Shown: positions 59,676 through 64,000 of the stretch, piece by piece | Numbering within the stretch: position 1 is the first letter of the stretch | Layout of the letters: the number at the start of each line of letters is the position of its first letter | Source of the DNA: an uncultured Candidatus Saccharibacteria bacterium | GTDB taxonomy: Bacteria; Patescibacteriota; Minisyncoccia; Phycocordibacterales; Phycocordibacteraceae | DNA: 64,000 nt | Assembly (NCBI GenBank): GCA_964550425.1 | Contig: CAZJZB010000002.1 | Location: forward strand, 1,626 to 65,625 | Direction of reading: 5' to 3' | The notes under the pieces: model-generated | Seen by the model: the letters and a program-made list of their open reading frames with translations, nothing else | Told to the model about the DNA's origin: nothing | Databases searched by the model: none | Translations under genes and position numbers: made by a program

Positions 59676-60736
59676 GAAGGAAATCAGAATCCAACGTCAC
59701 GACGAGTAAGGGAGGTATAGTTTCCACGCATGTTCCGCTCGCGCCATTCACGACGTTTGGTGTCGGAGGAGAGGCGCGTTTTTTCATAGAGGCGCACACC
59801 GAAAAAGATATTAAAGATGCGATAACGCTTGCACGACAACATGCTCTTCCACTGTTCGCGTTAGGCGGAGGCAGCAATGTGCTTGTACCGGACGCGGGCA
59901 TTGTCGGCGTTGTGCTGAAAATAGCGATGAGCGATATCGTATGTGAAAAGGAAGGTGATGAAACGTTGCTTGTTGCGGGCGCCGGTGCTCTCTGGGATGA
60001 CGTCGTCGACAATGCGGGTGCGCGCGGCCTCTTTGGCATTGAGAATCTTGCGGGTATCCCCGGCACGGTTGGAGGCGCCGCAGTACAGAACATCGGCGCT
60101 TATGGTGCGGAGCTGGAAAATGTATTCGCGTACGCCGATGTCATTGATAGTGCGACTAGTTCGCCTCGGCGCATTACTCGTGCGGAAGCGGCATTCGCCT
60201 ACCGCACCAGTTTTTTCAAAGAGCATCGCGAACATATTATTACGCGCGTTGCAGTACGGCTCTTTGAGCGCGCAAAACCGAATATTTCCTACGCCGATCT
60301 CGTCCGTGCAAGTGCAGAGGGCGTGCCGCTTGCGACGCCCGTTGAGATTGCGCGCGCCGTCCGCACCATCCGCAGTAAAAAATTCCCTTCCACGTCCGGA
60401 GAAGGGACCGTCGGCTCGTTCTTCAAGAACCCCATAATCTCGAGTGAGATTTTCCCATCGCTCATCAGGCGTTTCCCTGGTCTTCCTGCGTTTCCACAAG
60501 CAGACGGTCGCATAAAAGTGTCGCTCGCATGGATTCTGGACCACGTACTGTCGCTTAAAGGGTTCGCTAAAGGTCCAGTGCGGTTGTATGAACACCATCC
60601 GCTCGTTATTGTCGCTCGCGCCGGCGCGCGCGCGGCGGACATTGACGCTTTTGCGCGCGACATTGAAGAGCGCGTGCTCGCCGCCACCGGTATCACTATT
60701 GAACGGGAGGCGGAAATGTTCGGTACCCCTCGATAA
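59672..60736 (+). CDS. murB: UDP-N-acetylenolpyruvoylglucosamine reductase
   Basis: TTFGVGG, LGGGSN, GIPGTVGG, QNIGAYG, GSFFKNP. Confidence 0.93.
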   Translation: MRRKSESNVTTSKGGIVSTHVPLAPFTTFGVGGEARFFIEAHTEKDIKDAITLARQHALPLFALGGGSNVLVPDAGIVGVVLKIAMSDIVCEKEGDETLLVAGAGALWDDVVDNAGARGLFGIENLAGIPGTVGGAAVQNIGAYGAELENVFAYADVIDSATSSPRRITRAEAAFAYRTSFFKEHREHIITRVAVRLFERAKPNISYADLVRASAEGVPLATPVEIARAVRTIRSKKFPSTSGEGTVGSFFKNPIISSEIFPSLIRRFPGLPAFPQADGRIKVSLAWILDHVLSLKGFAKGPVRLYEHHPLVIVARAGARAADIDAFARDIEERVLAATGITIEREAEMFGTPR

Positions 60737-60778
60737 CTTTCACAAAAAAATCCCTTAGGATTTTTTGTGAAAGTTATC
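60732..60778. terminator. Long palindrome after murB (terminator-like or protein-binding site)
   Basis: GATAACTTTCAC-A7-TCC/CTTA/GGA-T6-GTGAAAGTTATC. Confidence 0.6.
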
Positions 60779-60909
60779 CACACTCTGCAATTTTTTGTCA
60801 CACAAAGTTTTTATACGCGCGATAATGATACGTAGAAACGTTTGTGCATGACATATTTCAGGCACAGACGGGTCGACATATCAACCACGATTTCTAATTT
60901 GCAACCACC

Positions 60910-60975
60910 ATGGCAAAAAAGCGCAAGGCCGCAAAGAAAGCGACGAAGAAACGCACGGCAAAGAAGCGCCGCTAG
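60910..60975 (+). CDS. 21-aa Lys/Arg-rich micro-protein MAKKRKAAKKATKKRTAKKRR
   Basis: Hand translation; stand-alone in the murB-secA gap, followed by hairpins and a terminator. Confidence 0.7.
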   Translation: MAKKRKAAKKATKKRTAKKRR

Positions 60976-61013
60976 TTCTCTATCTGCCTGAATCTATCAG
61001 GCAGAAAAGAAGA

Positions 61014-61049
61014 AACGTCCCGTCTCTACGGCGGGACGTTCTTTCTTTT
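61014..61049 (+). terminator. Intrinsic terminator after the micro-ORF
   Basis: AACGTCCCG/CGGGACGTT stem followed by CTTTCTTTT. Confidence 0.75.
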
Positions 61050-61085
61050 AGTCCATAGGCGGATTATGTGGTATAGTGCGGCATA

Positions 61086-63617
61086 ATGTTCGGACTCTCC
61101 CGTTTTTTCTCAAAAAATCAATCCGCGACCTTTCTAAAGACCGCGGCTAGAAGTGTTGCGGCGATAAATGCGCACTCTGAGGAACTGAAAGAAATTCCGG
61201 ACTCTGCTCTGCGCGCTCGGATGCTCGAAGTGCGCACCCGCGCACAAGAGGCGGGCATGACACTCGTGGCCGACCTCCCGTTAGTATTCGCGCTTGTGCG
61301 CGAAGCGGCACATCGTACGCGCAGTGAGCGTCATTTCGATGTGCAACTTATCGGCGGTCTTGCACTCACGGAGGGTAACATCGCTGAAATGCGCACTGGC
61401 GAGGGAAAGACGCTTGTCGCGACGTTACCAGCAACTTTTCATGCGCTTTCCGGCAAAGGCGTACAGATCGTTACGGTAAACGATTATCTCGCGCGCCGCG
61501 ACACCACCTGGATGGGTCAGGTCTATGACTATTTCGGTCTGACCGTCGGCGTTGTTACCTCCACCGGCGCGTACCGTTACGACGCATCACACGTTGCAAA
61601 AGAAGAAGACGCAGAACGCGATGTGGAAGGATCCTTCAAAGTGTTCTACGACTATTTGCATCCCGCAACCAAAAAAGAGGCGTACGCGTGCGACATCACC
61701 TATGTCACCAACAATGAACTCGGTTTCGATTATCTGCGCGACAACACAGCGTACGATGCATCGCAGGTCGTGCAGCGTCCGTTCAACTATGCGATCATCG
61801 ACGAAGTTGACTCCATTCTGATAGACGAGGCGCGCACACCACTCATTATTTCGGGACCCGCGCCCGATGCGCAGATGTTCTACGAGCGCTTCGCAGGCAT
61901 TGTCCGTGGCATGAACGAGAGTGAGGATTATACTGTTGATGAGAAACAAAAAGCCGTTCAAATAACGGAGGAAGGAATGCATAAAGCCGAAGCCGCACTC
62001 GGCCTGGAGAACCTCTACACCGAAGGCGGAATAAAATACGCGCACCATCTCGAAACGGCAGTACGAGCAAAAGCGCTTTTCCACAGGGATAAGGAATATG
62101 TGGTGCGTGACAATGAGATTGTCATCGTGGATGAGTTTACGGGAAGGATGCAGCCGGGTCGGCGCTGGTCGGAAGGCCTCCATCAGGCGATTGAGGCGAA
62201 AGAGGGTGTGAAGATACACGAGGAAACGCGCACCTATGCAACCGTCACGTTCCAAAATCTCTTCCGCATGTATAAGCGGCTTGCCGGTATGACCGGCACC
62301 GCGCTTTCTTCGGAGGAGGAATTCTATACGGTGTACGGACTCGAGGTTGTTGCGGTGCCGACCAATAAACCCTTGGAACGCAAAGATCATGACGACCTCA
62401 TCTTCCAAACGGCGGCGGGAAAATATCGCGCCGTCGCGCGAGCCGTGAAAGAGCGGCATCTGAAGGGACAGCCGGTTCTCGTCGGGACGGTCTCCGTCGA
62501 GGATAACGAGACAGTAAGCACATATCTCGCAAATGAGGGTGTGCCGCATGAAGTGCTGAACGCGAAGAATCATGAACGCGAGGGAGAAATCATCGCGAAT
62601 GCGGGGAAAGAAGGATGTGTGACGGTCGCAACCAATCTTGCGGGTCGCGGCGTTGATATCAAGCTCGGGGGTGCGCTCGCGTCAAACGAAGAGCGCGCTT
62701 TGGTCCTTAGGAATGGGGGTCTGGCGGTCATCGGCACCGAGCGGCACGATGCGCGCCGCATCGACGATCAACTACGCGGTCGTTCCGGCCGCCAGGGCGA
62801 TCCGGGTGAGACGCGTTTCTATGTTTCCCTGGAGGATAAGCTTATGCGTGTTTTTGCATCCGAGACCCTGAAGAAGGTTATGGGGCGCTTCGGCATTCCA
62901 GAAGACGAACCCATTGAGAGTGCGATGATTACACGGTCTCTGGAGACCGCACAGGGACGCATTGAAGGATTTAACTTCGATTCGCGCAAGCAGGTACTTG
63001 CCTACGACGATGTGATGAATACGCAGCGTCTGGCGATGTATGCGCGGCGCCGCGCCGCGCTCCTCGGAAGCGATGCGGAAGTAGAAGGACTCATTCGCGA
63101 GTTTATCGGGGATGGCGAAGTGGCGCTCGTCGCGTTTGAAGCGAAGAAAACTGATCTTGGTGCCGCATTCGCCACACATCTGCGGCGCCTCCTTCTGCAG
63201 GTGATAGATACTTTTTGGCTTGAACACCTTGAAACCATGGACTACCTGCGTCACTCGGTATCGCTCCGGGCCTACGGTCAAAGGGATCCTCTCATAGAAT
63301 ACCGGCGGGAGGGGCTTACGCGATTTCGCCAACTTGAAGAGAATATCCGAGCGGCGGTCGTCGAGGCCTTGCCGCGTCTCATGTCTGCGGAGGACATTCG
63401 TTTGGCCAACCAGCGGGCGGCAGAGGAAGCAAAAGTCCGGGCGGCGCTTACGACCGGACATGAAGAGGAAAACGGCCCACAGATGCCTATCAAAAAAACG
63501 CTTGAATATGGCCGTAATGATTTCGTCACTATTAAGAAAGGCGATAAAACCCAAACACTCAAATTCAAAAAAGCAGAACCTCTGCTGTTAGAGGGGTGGG
63601 AAATAGTACAGCAGTAG
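61086..63617 (+). CDS. secA: Preprotein translocase ATPase SecA
   Basis: MRTGEGKT, VTVNDYLARRD, DEVDSILIDEARTPLIISG, QLRGRSGRQGDPG. Confidence 0.97.
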   Translation: MFGLSRFFSKNQSATFLKTAARSVAAINAHSEELKEIPDSALRARMLEVRTRAQEAGMTLVADLPLVFALVREAAHRTRSERHFDVQLIGGLALTEGNIAEMRTGEGKTLVATLPATFHALSGKGVQIVTVNDYLARRDTTWMGQVYDYFGLTVGVVTSTGAYRYDASHVAKEEDAERDVEGSFKVFYDYLHPATKKEAYACDITYVTNNELGFDYLRDNTAYDASQVVQRPFNYAIIDEVDSILIDEARTPLIISGPAPDAQMFYERFAGIVRGMNESEDYTVDEKQKAVQITEEGMHKAEAALGLENLYTEGGIKYAHHLETAVRAKALFHRDKEYVVRDNEIVIVDEFTGRMQPGRRWSEGLHQAIEAKEGVKIHEETRTYATVTFQNLFRMYKRLAGMTGTALSSEEEFYTVYGLEVVAVPTNKPLERKDHDDLIFQTAAGKYRAVARAVKERHLKGQPVLVGTVSVEDNETVSTYLANEGVPHEVLNAKNHEREGEIIANAGKEGCVTVATNLAGRGVDIKLGGALASNEERALVLRNGGLAVIGTERHDARRIDDQLRGRSGRQGDPGETRFYVSLEDKLMRVFASETLKKVMGRFGIPEDEPIESAMITRSLETAQGRIEGFNFDSRKQVLAYDDVMNTQRLAMYARRRAALLGSDAEVEGLIREFIGDGEVALVAFEAKKTDLGAAFATHLRRLLLQVIDTFWLEHLETMDYLRHSVSLRAYGQRDPLIEYRREGLTRFRQLEENIRAAVVEALPRLMSAEDIRLANQRAAEEAKVRAALTTGHEEENGPQMPIKKTLEYGRNDFVTIKKGDKTQTLKFKKAEPLLLEGWEIVQQ

Positions 63618-63641
63618 GTAGTTTATAGAAGGTAGAATGTA
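63614..63641 (+). repeat. Degenerate heptamer array GTAGGTA GTTTATA GAAGGTA GAATGTA
   Basis: Period-7 GnnnnTA pattern between the secA stop and the next ATG. Confidence 0.55.
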
Positions 63642-63643
63642 GT

Positions 63644-63997
63644 ATGAAAGAATACCAACCAAGTGCTTTTAAGAATCTGATTGTCTGGCGCAAGAGTATG
63701 GATGTCGCGCGGCTTTCCTATGCACTTGCAAACAGACTGCCGAAGGAAGAACAGTTTGGCTTAGCGAATCAAATACGACGCTGCGCAGTATCCATTCCAT
63801 CGAATATCGCAGAAGGTTCTAAGAGGAGCGGCAAAAAGGAATTTAAGCAATTCCTACGCATCGCTGCGGGCTCAGCAGCCGAACTCGAAACACAACTGCT
63901 TCTTTCGAAAGATTTATACGAAAACAACCCGGAAAGTGCATTATCGCTATTAAATGAAGTTGAACGTATGATTGAATCGTTGTCTCGGAAGATCTGA
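63644..63997 (+). CDS. Four helix bundle protein (23S rRNA IVP-like family)
   Basis: FKNLIVW, PKEEQFGLANQIRR.AVSIPSNIAEG, GSAAELETQL. Confidence 0.92.
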   Translation: MKEYQPSAFKNLIVWRKSMDVARLSYALANRLPKEEQFGLANQIRRCAVSIPSNIAEGSKRSGKKEFKQFLRIAAGSAAELETQLLLSKDLYENNPESALSLLNEVERMIESLSRKI

Positions 63998-64000
63998 CTA

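Noticed and set aside
60732-60900. Replication origin
   Set aside because: Only one clear DnaA box; no dnaA/dnaN nearby.
61587-63554. Long antisense ORFs opposite secA (and similar shadows opposite murB, NUDIX and GT9)
   Set aside because: No recognisable motifs; explained by codon bias of the real genes.
1-64000. CRISPR array, rRNA, transposase or integrase genes
   Set aside because: No regularly spaced repeats, rRNA-like sequence or recombinase motifs were seen by eye.

Overview
Chromosomal window that looks like a Patescibacteria/CPR (Parcubacteria-like) bacterium. This is inferred from gene content, not tested. From left to right: a small variable island around tRNA-Ile(GAT), containing a HEPN/RnlA-like nuclease and a second tRNA-Ile copy split by hairpin inserts; murD (fused to an M15 peptidase), murC and rsmI; a VirD4-like ATPase; a secreted lamin-tail/PKD protein; a ~50 kb surface-glycan locus; then murB, a 21-aa basic micro-ORF, secA and a four-helix-bundle gene. 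The glycan locus holds many GT4s, GT2/GT9/GT47-like and GT-C-like transferases, FkbM and C-methyltransferases, rmlBACD, an acpS-fkbH-ACP-MaoC-SDR module, pseB/pseI/amidotransferase/neuA-type genes, a carbamoyltransferase, an ABC flippase, SGNH+MBOAT and an O-antigen-ligase-TPR protein. The most unusual signals are: (1) MurD fused to a peptidase family that cleaves the bond MurD forms; (2) a family of small hairpins with covarying GA-XY-GA motifs that sit beside and inside tRNA sequence, plus short in-frame hairpin inserts in protein genes; (3) a 69-bp MITE-like insert that duplicates a start codon; (4) a pseC N-terminal scar fused to a reductase; (5) pervasive -10 boxes 6-9 nt before ATG, suggesting leaderless genes. 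All product calls come from motif recognition by eye. No database searches were run.
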